A stretch of DNA of 64,000 nt from an uncultured Planctomycetota bacterium (GCA_963719315.1 CAVRBU010000012.1:1-64000); one strand, 5' to 3'. Counted from the first letter of the stretch, positions 21,644-32,003 are shown. Notes: generated by a model from the sequence alone, not told the origin. Program-made: numbers and translations.

Positions 21644-22444
21644 TCACCCACCCATCGCCATGCCGCCATTGATATCGAGCACGTGACCGGTGATAAAGCT
21701 TGCGCCCGGAGAGGCCAAAAACGCCACTCCTGCAGCAACTTCCACGGGTTCCCCGAGTCGACCAACCGGCGTCATGCTAATCACTGCTTCCAAGGCTTTT
21801 TCTGGCACGTCCTGCAACATTCGCGTTCTGATGAATCCAGGAGCAATGGCGTTTACCGTGACGCCTTTGCGGGCATACTCGCGGGCCAGGGTTTTAGTGA
21901 GACCAATGATGCCCGCCTTTGCCGCTGAATAGTTGGCCTGGCCAAAGTTTCCAACCTCGCCCACGATGCTGCTGATGTTGATCACTCGGCCCCACCCACG
22001 ATCGGCCATGCCGTCGATGAATTGCTTCGTGACGGCGAAGACTCCGGTAAGGTCCACGGCGATCACCGTATCCCACATTTCCTGAGTCATCTTCTTGAAC
22101 GACCGATCGCGGGTAATGCCGGCATTGTTCACCAGGATGTCGATGTCGCCCAATTTATGGTTCACCTCGGCCGCCAATAGACCTACTTCCGTTGTGTCCC
22201 CCACATCGTGGGCAAAGTACTCGGCGCGTCGGCCTTGATCGTGAATTTGTGATCGTACATCGTCGGCAAATTTGCAGCCCGTAAGGCACGTTATACCGAC
22301 ATCGGCCCCGCGAGCGGCCAGCGCTAGGGCCACCGCCTTGCCGATCCCCCTTGACCCACCCGTCACCAAAGCCGTTTTTCCTTCCAAGCTGAAGTCGGGA
22401 ACGGCAAACCGCTGTTCCACTTCGGGGACGACTACTGTGGCCAT
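21644..22444 (-). CDS. phaB: Acetoacetyl-CoA reductase (SDR)
   Basis: TGGSRGIG, NNAGITRD, GNFGQANYSAAK; lies between phaE-like and phaC. Confidence 0.85.
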   Translation of the reverse strand: MATVVVPEVEQRFAVPDFSLEGKTALVTGGSRGIGKAVALALAARGADVGITCLTGCKFADDVRSQIHDQGRRAEYFAHDVGDTTEVGLLAAEVNHKLGDIDILVNNAGITRDRSFKKMTQEMWDTVIAVDLTGVFAVTKQFIDGMADRGWGRVINISSIVGEVGNFGQANYSAAKAGIIGLTKTLAREYARKGVTVNAIAPGFIRTRMLQDVPEKALEAVISMTPVGRLGEPVEVAAGVAFLASPGASFITGHVLDINGGMAMGG

Positions 22445-22498
22445 GAAAATGCTCCTCCGACTAGGTCGGAATTCGAGTTTATTGCGAATGTCCAGGGT

Positions 22499-22945
22499 TC
22501 ATACGTTGCCGACCGCTTGGTCAGCGCCGACTAGCTCCTCAATCGTCTTGAGCCGTTCTTCAATGCTTCCCAATCGTTTGAGAATCACTTCTTCAACGCT
22601 ATGCATTCGCTCAAACAATCCGCTAATGTCGCCCGCGGTGGGGATGTTGGCGTTACGAGCGATTTCCGTAGTCAAGTCGTCGGACTGACGCTTGGCTTTG
22701 ATCATCAAATCCGCATTCTGTTTCATTGCCTGAAGAAAAACTGGGCTACGCATGTAGGCATCCAAGCTTTTGCTGACGGCGTCGGACCAATCCCGCTGCC
22801 AGTTCTTCACGTCGGCGATGCCGCCAACGCCCGCTAACAAATCGTGCGTGGCATTATTCGCTTGCTCGAGGTAGTTCGACCAGAATGTTGCAAACGGCTG
22901 AGCGACGGGGTCCAAAAGCCCGTCAGTTTCATGTTCGTTGGACAT
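22499..22945 (-). CDS. Short PhaE/PhaR-like synthase partner subunit
   Basis: Helical 148-aa protein with YMRSPVFLQAM and NIPTAGDISGLFERMHSVEE coiled tail, as in PhaE C-termini (LPTR.D); position in pha cluster. Confidence 0.6.
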   Translation of the reverse strand: MSNEHETDGLLDPVAQPFATFWSNYLEQANNATHDLLAGVGGIADVKNWQRDWSDAVSKSLDAYMRSPVFLQAMKQNADLMIKAKRQSDDLTTEIARNANIPTAGDISGLFERMHSVEEVILKRLGSIEERLKTIEELVGADQAVGNV

Positions 22946-23019
22946 AGAGTTGTCTCCATCGATTTTTCTGCAATAACCAGGACGATTACCAGTTATTCGC
23001 GCCTGTTTGATCGTCGTTC

Positions 23020-24204
23020 TCACGCCCCAGTCGTTTCGACGGCCAAGGCCACGGCTTCACCGCCCCCAATGCACAGGCACGCGATTCCGCGCTTGCCGCC
23101 AGTTCGCTTGAGGCCGTTCAACAGCGTGACCAGGATGCGTGCTCCGCTCGCGCCAATTGGATGACCTAGGGCGACCGCGCCGCCATAAATATTGACTTTC
23201 TCGGCGGGCAATTCGAGTTCCTTTTCCGCCGCCATCGTGACGGCTGAAAACGCCTCGTTGATCTCAAACAGATCTACGTCCTTGACCGACCAATTGATTT
23301 TGTCCATCAAGCGCTTCAGCGCGCCGATGGGCGCGAGCGTGAACCACTCCGGCTCGCGGCTAAATGTCGAGGCGCCGACGATCCGCGCTATCGGCTTGAG
23401 CCGCAGGCTGGCGCAACGCGCATCCGACGCAACGACGACCGCCGCCGCGCCGTCATTGATGCTCGAAGCGTTACCAGCCGTAACCGTGCCGTCAGCACCG
23501 AATGCGGGGCGGAGCGCACGGAGCTTGTCCTCATTGAAACGAGTCGGTTCCTCATCTTCCGTGACGAAAGTCGAGCCCTTCTTGCCCTTGATTTCCACCT
23601 GTACGATTTCGTCGTCGAAGACGCCTTCCGCAATTGCCTTGCGGGCCCGCGTATAGCTGCGGACCGCGAAATCGTCCTGGGCTTGCTTCGTAAACCCGTA
23701 TTTCGCGGCGCACTTGTCGCCGTAATTCCCCATGTGCTTGTCGCCGTACACATCCCACAATCCATCGTGGATCATCGAATCGACGAGAACGCCGTTGCCC
23801 ATCCGGTATCCTTGCCGGGCCTGCGGGAGTAGATACGGCGCGAGACTCATGTTCTCCATGCCGCCGGCGACAATCACCTGCGAATGCCCCAGGCGAATCG
23901 ACTGCGTGGCCAGCATCACCGCCTTCAGCCCGGAGCCGCATACTTTGTTAATCGTGGTGGCCCCGACCGAAACGGGCAGACCGGCCTTGATCGCAGCCTG
24001 CCGCGCGGGATTCTGTCCGAGGCCGGCGGCCACCACGTTCCCAAGGATGACCTCGCGCACTTCATCGGCGGGAACCTTGGCCCTTTCGACGGCTGCCTTT
24101 ACACACGTCGCGCCCAACTCTGTTGCGGAAACCGTCGAAAGTGCGCCTCCTAGCGATCCGATCGGCGTTCGCACGCCGGAAACAATAAATGCATCGCTGG
24201 TCAT
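23020..24204 (-). CDS. phaA: Acetyl-CoA acetyltransferase (thiolase)
   Basis: NKVCGSG, NEAF, GHPIGASG, CIGGG. Confidence 0.93.
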   Translation of the reverse strand: MTSDAFIVSGVRTPIGSLGGALSTVSATELGATCVKAAVERAKVPADEVREVILGNVVAAGLGQNPARQAAIKAGLPVSVGATTINKVCGSGLKAVMLATQSIRLGHSQVIVAGGMENMSLAPYLLPQARQGYRMGNGVLVDSMIHDGLWDVYGDKHMGNYGDKCAAKYGFTKQAQDDFAVRSYTRARKAIAEGVFDDEIVQVEIKGKKGSTFVTEDEEPTRFNEDKLRALRPAFGADGTVTAGNASSINDGAAAVVVASDARCASLRLKPIARIVGASTFSREPEWFTLAPIGALKRLMDKINWSVKDVDLFEINEAFSAVTMAAEKELELPAEKVNIYGGAVALGHPIGASGARILVTLLNGLKRTGGKRGIACLCIGGGEAVALAVETTGA

Positions 24205-24270
24205 CGAACTATCCTCTGCCGCATAGGTGAACAGAGACCGCCGTACCTACAGCGGCGGCCCGCCGCACGA

Positions 24271-24708
24271 TCAACCGGCCGTCTTCACTGCCAGACTAAT
24301 CCACTTGTTGAGGGCTTCTTGCGCCTCTTTCACTTGCAACTCGCCGAACTCGCGCACGACTTCGAGGCTCTTCTTGCAAAGTGTTTCGCACCGCTTGGCA
24401 CACTCCTTCGGGTCTGACGACTGAGCGACGCGAAACGCTTCTTCCAGTGAATCGATCGCCAGCCGATATTGCGCGTCCAAGTTTTCGCGATGCTTGCCCA
24501 AAAGCTCCTTGGCGGTTTTGGACCATTCCTTTTGGAACTTTTGGGCTCGTTCGAGCCACGCGTCTTGCGATTGCGGTAATCCGGGCCACTTCGTGCCCCA
24601 TTGCCGGAACAACTCCTGCTGCATTTCAATACTTGACTCGGCCGTTTTTCGCAGGTTGTCGAAGGCCTCTTCGAATAGGCTGCTGACCGACTCCGTTTGA
24701 GTAGACAT
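24271..24708 (-). CDS. Phasin-like helical protein
   Basis: 145-aa amphipathic helical protein directly upstream of phaA; GGAG RBS. Confidence 0.55.
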   Translation of the reverse strand: MSTQTESVSSLFEEAFDNLRKTAESSIEMQQELFRQWGTKWPGLPQSQDAWLERAQKFQKEWSKTAKELLGKHRENLDAQYRLAIDSLEEAFRVAQSSDPKECAKRCETLCKKSLEVVREFGELQVKEAQEALNKWISLAVKTAG

Positions 24709-24817
24709 GGTTAGGTCTCCAAGTGATAAAGTGACAAATGTGTGGCATTGAACAGGGCCGAAGGGTGATCGTTGCCGCACGCACGGCTCGAGCACCCAAT
24801 AGCGTGTTCATTTCAAA

Positions 24818-25102
24818 TCACCGTGTTTCCGATTCGCTGATACCTCCTCTTGAGTCAACCGTGACCTGGTTCTCGACCAGCCGGACACCTTCCAAATCTT
24901 TGAGCACCGTCTGCAGCATCTGCTTGAGGTAAAAAGACGGCACGAAACCGCGCACGACGAGAACATCCTTTTGGCACGCGAATTCGAACTGGCGGCTTCG
25001 GCCTCGAAAGAGCGAGTGAGCGTCGAGCAGCGCTTGGGCTCGTTGTTCGATGTTCGCAATATCGCGAGCGGACCCGCCCTTGGTTCGTATAGTTGCGCCC
25101 AT
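24818..25102 (-). CDS. BON domain protein
   Basis: LVVRGFVPSFYLKQMLQ..LEGVRLVENQVTV; AGGAG RBS. Confidence 0.75.
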   Translation of the reverse strand: MGATIRTKGGSARDIANIEQRAQALLDAHSLFRGRSRQFEFACQKDVLVVRGFVPSFYLKQMLQTVLKDLEGVRLVENQVTVDSRGGISESETR

Positions 25103-25196
25103 AGCTTTGAAGCTCCTACAACCATCTCAAAGATCCTGCTTATGGTCGCCGAAAAAGGTGTTCGTTTCCTCGAACCCATTGCTAGACAAAATACGA

Positions 25197-25211
25197 GCAA
25201 AAACCGCGCCG
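25197..25211 (-). promoter_or_regulatory. sigma54 promoter for BON-pha cluster
   Basis: CGGCGCGGTTTTTGC (GG-N10-GC) on minus strand, 95 nt upstream of BON start. Confidence 0.55.
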
Positions 25212-25432
25212 CTCATTTGCTGGAAATGGAGTTGTAATTCAACTGGACGGTGCGTTGGAACAACGTTTGGGGGCAGCAAATCAATCTTGGAACTGTGCGG
25301 ATGGGGGCGCTGCGTGTCGTTCGGATGCGCTCGGCATCGCGGCTTATCGCTGTTAGACCTCTCGTCGCCCAAATCGGCGCGGTCTATCGCTACCCGCTTA
25401 TGGACGACTCTCGGGCGTGCTTCCTTTTCGCT

Positions 25433-25447
25433 TGGCATTCGATTTGC
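25433..25447 (+). promoter_or_regulatory. sigma54 promoter for the sensor kinase operon
   Basis: TGGCATTCGATTTGC on plus strand. Confidence 0.65.
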
Positions 25448-25674
25448 CAGTGCCTAGATCGACCAACACTGCCGAGGAATGGTTTTCATGGAACGGGCGG
25501 ATCCCACGGAAACTTTGTTTCGGCGTGCGTCCTACTTATTCGGAGCATCGTTCACACCACGCCGGCGTATGTAATTTCACTTAGGACTCGATATCCCACG
25601 CGGCTCCGCACGATCTCTGTCGACGGTTACAATGGGACTTGGCAGATATATCGTCGATTGGAGAGTGAAAACGA

Positions 25675-27252
25675 ATGCCGCTAAAGCTAAAGTTGTTCGA
25701 GCGCTATAGGGAGTTACAATCTTACGTTGGCTGGAGCGACGCGGATGCGGCGCGCATTAAGATCGTTTCGGAAACCGTCGAGGTAAATATCGACATGCTC
25801 ATCGACGATTTTTATGCGGAAATCCAGCTGCACCCAGAGGCGGCTCGGGTCATCACCGGTGGGCAGGCGCAAATTGAACGATTGAAGGCGAGTTTGCGCG
25901 CCTGGCTGTCCGAGTCGTTGCAGGACCACAGCGATTTCGACTACGTTCAGCGCCGCTGGAATATTGGCTTGCGACACGCCGAAATCGGGCTCAACCCGGC
26001 CTACACCAGCGCGGCAATGTCGCGGTTGCGGAATGGCTTGATCGAAATCCTGGCAACAAAAACGAATCTTTCACCGACCGAACTGCGCGAGGTTATACAG
26101 TCGATCAATAAACTCTTGGATCTCGATCTTTCGATCATTCAGGATGCGTATGAGGCAGAATACCTGAGACGTGAAACACGTGCGGAGCGCGAGCGAAGTG
26201 AAATCAAGTTCCGCCTGCTAGTCGAGGCGGCAGCGTGTATGGTCGTGATCTTGCGCGAGGACGATAAAACTGTGTATTTCAGCCCGTACAGCGAGGAGCT
26301 CACAGGTTTTTCGGAATCCCAGGTTATCGGTCAGCCGTTTTTGCCTCTGTTTGTTCCCGACTGGGCCAGGACGGATGTGGCCGGTGAGATTGCCAAGACG
26401 CTTGCCGGGCGACCTACGAGGGCCTACGAAACGCCTATTCTGTGCCGCGATGGCAGCCAGCGGTGGTTCGTGTGGAACGCTCAGCGGTTGGAAGATTTCG
26501 AAGGTGGGCCGGCCGTACTCATCGTCGGTCAAGATTTTACGGAGCGGCGCGAAGCACAAGAACGATTGCTCCGCTCGGAAAGATTAGCCGGCATCGGCCA
26601 AATGGTGACCGGCATCGCTCACGAAAGCCGCAACGCGCTGCAGCGCATCCAGTCGTGCAGCGAAATGTTGGAATTGGAGATCGAAGGCAACGACGAAGCC
26701 CTTCGGCTAGTACGCCGGTTGCAGGAAGCACAGGACCAATTGTTGCATTTATTCGACGAGGTGCGCGGTTTTGTCGCGCCGATCCAATTGGAACGAGCGC
26801 CGTGCCGAATCGAGAACGTATGGAGGGAAGCGTGGCAATTGCTGGAAGTAGCGCGGCGGGGGCATGTTGCCACGTTACTCGAAGAACTTGGCGGATGTAG
26901 CTGCGAGGCCTCCGTCGATCGTTTCCGGGTGGTGCAAGTGTTCCGCAATTTATTGGAGAATTCATTGGCCGCCAGCCGTGACCCGGTAGTCATCCGGATT
27001 TCTTGTCGCGACGTGCAATTGAATGGGCAACCAGCCATTGAAGTGAGTGTGCGGGATAATGGTCCGGGGCTCTCACCGGTAGCGCGCCAAAGCGTGTTCG
27101 AGCCGTTCTTTACCACGAAAACAAAGGGCACCGGCCTTGGCATGGCAATTGCACGACGGATTGTCGAAGCCCACGGCGGACAGATCGTAGTGGGAAGTGG
27201 CTCGTCAGAGGGAGCAGAGTTCGTAATTACGTTGTTGAGATCTATGACATGA
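25675..27252 (+). CDS. Globin-coupled (protoglobin-like) PAS sensor histidine kinase
   Basis: Sensor-globin signature (DDFY..I, IGLRHAEIGL, KLLDLDL..I.DAY), PAS domain, H-box IAHESRNAL, DNGPG, FFTTKTKGTGLG; no TM segments. Confidence 0.9.
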   Translation: MPLKLKLFERYRELQSYVGWSDADAARIKIVSETVEVNIDMLIDDFYAEIQLHPEAARVITGGQAQIERLKASLRAWLSESLQDHSDFDYVQRRWNIGLRHAEIGLNPAYTSAAMSRLRNGLIEILATKTNLSPTELREVIQSINKLLDLDLSIIQDAYEAEYLRRETRAERERSEIKFRLLVEAAACMVVILREDDKTVYFSPYSEELTGFSESQVIGQPFLPLFVPDWARTDVAGEIAKTLAGRPTRAYETPILCRDGSQRWFVWNAQRLEDFEGGPAVLIVGQDFTERREAQERLLRSERLAGIGQMVTGIAHESRNALQRIQSCSEMLELEIEGNDEALRLVRRLQEAQDQLLHLFDEVRGFVAPIQLERAPCRIENVWREAWQLLEVARRGHVATLLEELGGCSCEASVDRFRVVQVFRNLLENSLAASRDPVVIRISCRDVQLNGQPAIEVSVRDNGPGLSPVARQSVFEPFFTTKTKGTGLGMAIARRIVEAHGGQIVVGSGSSEGAEFVITLLRSMT

Positions 27253-27626
27253 CGCGGCGATTGCGAATTGCGGTCGCGGACGACGAGTTGGACGTGCGCG
27301 ACTATTTTGAACGGATGTTGCCCTATTTGGGCCATGAAGTGGTCGCGATTGCTTCGAATGGACGCGAGTTGGTGGAGTTGTGCCGCGAGAAAAGGCCGGA
27401 CTTGATTATCGCGGATGTTCGGATGCCGGACATGGATGGGGACGCGGCGATCGCGGAGATTTGCCGTGAGTCCCCGACGCCGTTTATACTCATTTCGGCC
27501 TACAGCAAACTGGCGCGAATGTCGGATGGTTTCGAGTCCGTCAGTCGAGCCTACTTGACGAAGCCGATGAAGCGCGGCGATTTGGAACAGGCCATTCAGC
27601 AAGTATGCCCCGCGACCGCAGGCTAA
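27249..27626 (+). CDS. Single-domain response regulator
   Basis: ADDE, ADVRMPDMDG, YLTKP. Confidence 0.9.
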   Translation: MTRRLRIAVADDELDVRDYFERMLPYLGHEVVAIASNGRELVELCREKRPDLIIADVRMPDMDGDAAIAEICRESPTPFILISAYSKLARMSDGFESVSRAYLTKPMKRGDLEQAIQQVCPATAG

Positions 27627-27653
27627 GTTAATCGACTTTCTAATTGGGTATGG

Positions 27654-29030
27654 TTGCTGATGACACAAGCGACTGCAAAGCCTGTTCTCGAAATGCTCCT
27701 GGTCGACGACAACGTCGAGCTGCGCGCCGACATGGCCAATTACTTCTCGCGCCACGGCCACGCGGTCGTACAATGCGGGAGCGGCGACGAGGCCCTAGGG
27801 TTGGCGGAGCGCCGAGCATTCGACGTGATGGTGCTCGACTTAAATATGCCCGGACTCTCAGGCCTCGATGTGCTTAAAGAGCTGCAAACGCGCCACTCAG
27901 AATGTGAAGTCGTCGTGTTGACAGGCGAAGCGACCATCGAAGCGGCGGTCGAGGCGACAAAGCTTGGGCGCGAGAATTCCTGACCAAGCCGATCAGTCTG
28001 AAAGAACTCGACCGCTTGGTGCGCAAGGCGTATGAGACGGGCCAATTGCGGAAGGAGAACCGGCAGCTTAAAGCGGCATTGCGCTACCAGCATTCGACTC
28101 AGGAAATAATTGGTCAGTCCGAACCTATGCAGGAGTTGTTTCGATTGATTGCCCGTGTTGGGCCGACCGATAAGCCGATACTAATTCAAGGAGAGAGTGG
28201 GACCGGCAAGGAACTTGTGGCCCGCGCGCTCCACGAGGTCAGCCCCATAGCCGATAAACCGCTGGTCGTCATCAACTGCGCCGCGTTGCCGGAAACCCTA
28301 CTGGAGAGCGAACTGTTCGGCTACGAGAAAGGCGCTTTTACGGGCGCGACCGGAATGAAGCCCGGATTGTTCGAGGTCGCCGACGGCGGCACGCTGTTCA
28401 TCGACGAAATCGGCGAACTGGCTCAATCACTTCAAGCCAAACTGTTACGCGTATTGGAAGATGGCACACTGCGTCGTGTAGGCTCGGTGAAGGAACGCCG
28501 CGTCCATGTGCGACTGATTGCGGCGACGAATCGTGACTTGCACGTAGAAGTTAACGAGAAGCGATTTCGCGAGGACCTCTTTTATCGCATCAATGTCCTG
28601 ACAATTTATCTTCCGCCGTTGCGGCAACGCACGGGTGACTTGCCGCTGCTCGTCGAGCACTTTACCGGTCCGGAGTGGCATCTTGATCCAGATGTCATCC
28701 CGACGCTCGATCGGTATAGTTGGCCCGGCAATGTGAGGCAACTCCAGAATGCATTGGATCGTGCGATGATTCTTGCGGACGACGACCGAATTCAAATCGT
28801 GAATATGCCGCCGGAAATCGTCAACGCAGCCCATGTACGTCCGAACGTCCGGTTCCAGCGACGTAGATCTGGACACGCTCACGCGCGAGCACGTTCTGGA
28901 AACGTATCACAAGCACTCCAACAATAAGGCCCGCACTGCACGCGCGCTGGGAATTGGTCGCCGCACGCTTTATCGGCTCTTGGAGAAATACAACATCTCA
29001 GACGCCGATGCGGAGAGGCAATTGATGTGA
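27654..29030 (+). CDS. sigma54-dependent NtrC-family response regulator (two apparent frameshifts near 27968 and 28845)
   Basis: Receiver (LDLNMPG), AAA+ ([37 protein letters not shown]), Fis HTH ([18 protein letters not shown]). Confidence 0.92.
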
Positions 29031-30910
29031 GCCACATGCGTTCATCGTGGGCCGAGGCGCTCAAACGCATGGCGAAACGTCGTTATGCTTTCATCGCCGC
29101 GCTGGCCGCCGTTGGTATCGTTGCGCATCTCGTCTTGCGATTTGGCGTAGCAGCCGAAGTCACCAAACAACTTTGGCCGCTCTGGCTGGTACTGCTTGTA
29201 GGAGGTGTTCCACTCACGTTGGAACTCCTGGCCAAGTTGATCCGCCTGGAATTCGGCTCCGACCTGTTGGCCGGAATTTCGATCGTGACGTCCGTTTTTC
29301 TCGGAGAGTTCCTGGCCGGATCTCTGGTGGTGCTGATGCTTTCGGGTGGCGAGGCCTTGGAGTCTTACGCCATTCGAAGTGCTTCCCGGGCGTTGGAAGC
29401 GTTGGCGCGGCGGATGCCTTCCATTGCGCATCGGCGCGAAAACGGTCGAATGTTCGACGTGGACCTTACCCGCGTTCGTATCCACGATGAATTGGTCGTT
29501 TTTCCGCACGAAATCTGCCCCGTCGACGGCACTGTCGTGGCCGGCCATAGCGCGATGGACGAATCGTATCTCACGGGCGAGCCGTACGTGCTTTCCAAGA
29601 CGCCCGGATCGCACGTCCTTTCAGGCGCCGTGAATGGTGAAGGCGCGCTCACGATTCGCGCGGATAAGCTGCCCATCGATTCGCGTTATGCGAAAATCGT
29701 CGAGGTAATGCTGGCCTCGGAACAACGGCGGCCACGCCTGCGGCGGCTTGGAGATCGGCTCGGTGCTTTCTACACGCCGGTTGCAATTGCAATCGCGCTC
29801 TCGGCCTGGGCCTTGTCTAGGGACGCCGTGCGCTTCCTGGCGGTCTTAGTGGTTGCCACGCCTTGTCCATTATTGATCGCTATTCCGGTGACGATCATCG
29901 GCGCAATTTCATTGGCCGCGCGGCGCGGGATCATCGTCAAAGACCCCGCGGCTCTCGAGCAAATTAGCAATTGCCATACGGCGATATTCGATAAGACGGG
30001 CACTCTGACATACGGCCGGCCGCAGCTAGTGGATATCACAAGCGAGAACGGTTTCGACCCGAGTCAGGCGCTAACTCTGGCCGCAAGTTTGGAACGGTAT
30101 TCGAAACATCCACTTTCCAGCGCTATTCTCAATGCCGCCCAGGAACGAGAATTGTCGCTTCAGGAAGCGGCGTCCATTAGCGAAGAACCGGGGCGCGGGC
30201 TCAGGGGCCGAGTCTCCGATCACGATGTAATGATTACCGGCCGCAAGGGACTTATTGAACTTGATCCGACCGGCGCCGCGCGTCTTCCTTCGGTTCAAGG
30301 TGGACTCGAATGCATGGTCGTGATCGACGGACGGTACGCTGCAACGCTGCGGTTTCGAGACGAGCCGCGAGGCGAAGGTGCGTCGTTCATCGCGCACCTC
30401 AGACCGAAGCATGATTTTCGGCGAGTCATGCTTGTTTCGGGCGACCGGGATAACGAAGTGCGCTATTTGGCCGATCGCGTTGGGATCAAGGAGGTGTTTG
30501 CATCGCAGAGCCCCGAACAGAAGGTTGATATCGTGAGGCGCGAAACGGCAAGCGGCAAAACCGTGTTTCTCGGCGACGGTATCAACGACGCTCCGGCACT
30601 TACGGTCGCAACGGTGGGACTGGCCTTTGGTCAGAACAGCGATGTTACCGCGGAGGCAGCCGACGCCGTCATCATGGACAGCAATCTAGAGAAGATCGAC
30701 GAGTTTATGCACATCGGCCGGCGCATGCGGCGAATCGCTCTCCAGAGCGCTGTCGGCGGAATGGCTCTCAGCATCTGCGGAATGTTACTTGCGGCCGCAG
30801 GTTATCTGCCGCCTGTCGCCGGCGCCGTAACGCAGGAAATCATCAACGTCGCGGCAGTGCTCAACGCGCTGCGAATGGCGTTACCGCCGGGACGATTAAC
30901 TGATTTCTAA
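29027..30910 (+). CDS. Heavy-metal translocating P1B-type ATPase
   Basis: TGE, TPCP, DKTGTLT, HP, GDGINDAP; no N-terminal metal-binding domain. Confidence 0.94.
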   Translation: MSHMRSSWAEALKRMAKRRYAFIAALAAVGIVAHLVLRFGVAAEVTKQLWPLWLVLLVGGVPLTLELLAKLIRLEFGSDLLAGISIVTSVFLGEFLAGSLVVLMLSGGEALESYAIRSASRALEALARRMPSIAHRRENGRMFDVDLTRVRIHDELVVFPHEICPVDGTVVAGHSAMDESYLTGEPYVLSKTPGSHVLSGAVNGEGALTIRADKLPIDSRYAKIVEVMLASEQRRPRLRRLGDRLGAFYTPVAIAIALSAWALSRDAVRFLAVLVVATPCPLLIAIPVTIIGAISLAARRGIIVKDPAALEQISNCHTAIFDKTGTLTYGRPQLVDITSENGFDPSQALTLAASLERYSKHPLSSAILNAAQERELSLQEAASISEEPGRGLRGRVSDHDVMITGRKGLIELDPTGAARLPSVQGGLECMVVIDGRYAATLRFRDEPRGEGASFIAHLRPKHDFRRVMLVSGDRDNEVRYLADRVGIKEVFASQSPEQKVDIVRRETASGKTVFLGDGINDAPALTVATVGLAFGQNSDVTAEAADAVIMDSNLEKIDEFMHIGRRMRRIALQSAVGGMALSICGMLLAAAGYLPPVAGAVTQEIINVAAVLNALRMALPPGRLTDF

Positions 30911-30991
30911 TAGATGCAATCGACGCAAGCAGGCCAATCCTGCCGAGATCAGCATGCCTGTCAAAGGGTCCGAAACTTCAGAAAAGACGCA

Positions 30992-31019
30992 TTGACATAT
31001 CGTAATGTTCCGATATATT
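30992..31019 (+). promoter_or_regulatory. sigma70-like promoter overlapped by probable ArsR operator
   Basis: TTGACA (30992-30997) and TATATT (31014-31019) overlapped by inverted repeat ATATCG-N8-CGATAT (30997-31016). Confidence 0.7.
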
Positions 31020-31038
31020 TGGATATAGGAGAGCCGCG

Positions 31039-31356
31039 ATGGCGCTGAAGACAAAATTCCAGAAACGATCGACGCTCACGTCGCTTAAGGCGCTTGGGGA
31101 AGCGGCCGAATGCCTAAGGACGCTCGCGCACCCTCATCGGCTACGGATCGTTCAGATGCTCCTGCAAGGCAGGTATACCGTAGGTGAGCTTGCCGAAGCA
31201 TGCGTGATACCTAGCCACATGGCGTCCGAGCATCTTCGGCTCCTGAAACGATGCGGACTATTAGCGAGCGAGAAGGATGGTCGAAAGGCGTATTACGAGA
31301 TCGCGGAACCGCATCTGGCCAATATCATGGCGTGCATCGAAGAGCGTTTTGGTTAG
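31039..31356 (+). CDS. ArsR/SmtB-family transcriptional regulator
   Basis: LAHPHRLRI, TVGELA, SEHLRLL, GRKAYY. Confidence 0.93.
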   Translation: MALKTKFQKRSTLTSLKALGEAAECLRTLAHPHRLRIVQMLLQGRYTVGELAEACVIPSHMASEHLRLLKRCGLLASEKDGRKAYYEIAEPHLANIMACIEERFG

Positions 31357-31385
31357 TGGACAACGATTATCACTTTTCGCCAGAT

Positions 31386-31405
31386 ATATCGTAATATCGG
31401 GATAC
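31386..31405. promoter_or_regulatory. Second copy of the ArsR operator-like sequence
   Basis: ATATCGTAATATCGGGATAC shares ATATCGTAAT with 30997-31006. Confidence 0.6.
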
Positions 31406-31439
31406 ATAAATCTATTGCGATGAGAAAGAGGAGGGCCCA

Positions 31440-32003
31440 ATGGACGTTTCTACAATAACACCCGCTGCTCTAGCGGAACTGCTGAGCGGCAGTCGGCAAA
31501 TTGATTTGATCGACGTACGTACGCCAGCGGAGTACCGAGCGTTGCATGTCGCAACGGCACGAAATGTGCCGTTAGATCGTCTTGATCCGACGGTCGTGAT
31601 GCAAGTTCGCAAAGGCGTTGCTGGCGAAGAGCCGATTTACATTATTTGCCAAGCCGGTGGCCGCGGTAAGCAAGCCTGCGAGAGGTTCTGTAGGGAAGGA
31701 TATTCGAACGTGATCAATATCGAGGGTGGCACGCTGGCTTGCGAAAAAGAGGGGCTTCCAGTCATCCGAGGTAAGGAAGCAATGTCTTTAGAGCGGCAGG
31801 TGCGAATCACTGCAGGCTCATTGGTAGTGCTTGGAGCGTTTTTGAGTTGGTTCGTTCATCCAGGTTTCATCGCATTATCTGCCTTTGTAGGGGCCGGACT
31901 TGTGTTTGCCGGCGTGACTGACACGTGTGGAATGGGAATGCTACTTGCCCGTATGCCCTGGAACCAATGCGAAAAATCGGGACCAAAGTGTAGTGTTCAC
32001 TAA
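31440..32003 (+). CDS. Rhodanese + DUF2892 membrane protein (YgaP-like)
   Basis: IDVRTPAEY, CQAGGR active loop, SLERQV, GVTDTCGMGMLLARMPWN. Confidence 0.9.
   Translation: MDVSTITPAALAELLSGSRQIDLIDVRTPAEYRALHVATARNVPLDRLDPTVVMQVRKGVAGEEPIYIICQAGGRGKQACERFCREGYSNVINIEGGTLACEKEGLPVIRGKEAMSLERQVRITAGSLVVLGAFLSWFVHPGFIALSAFVGAGLVFAGVTDTCGMGMLLARMPWNQCEKSGPKCSVH

Noticed and set aside
26619..27773. Long antisense ORFs (e.g. 384 aa here, also 111-890, 2393-3106, 14505-15242, 16999-17694)
   Set aside because: They shadow well-supported genes on the opposite strand, carry no motifs and are expected in GC-rich DNA
3138..28927. Programmed ribosomal frameshifting as explanation for split genes
   Set aside because: Too many unrelated genes, mixed directions, no shared slippery site or downstream structure
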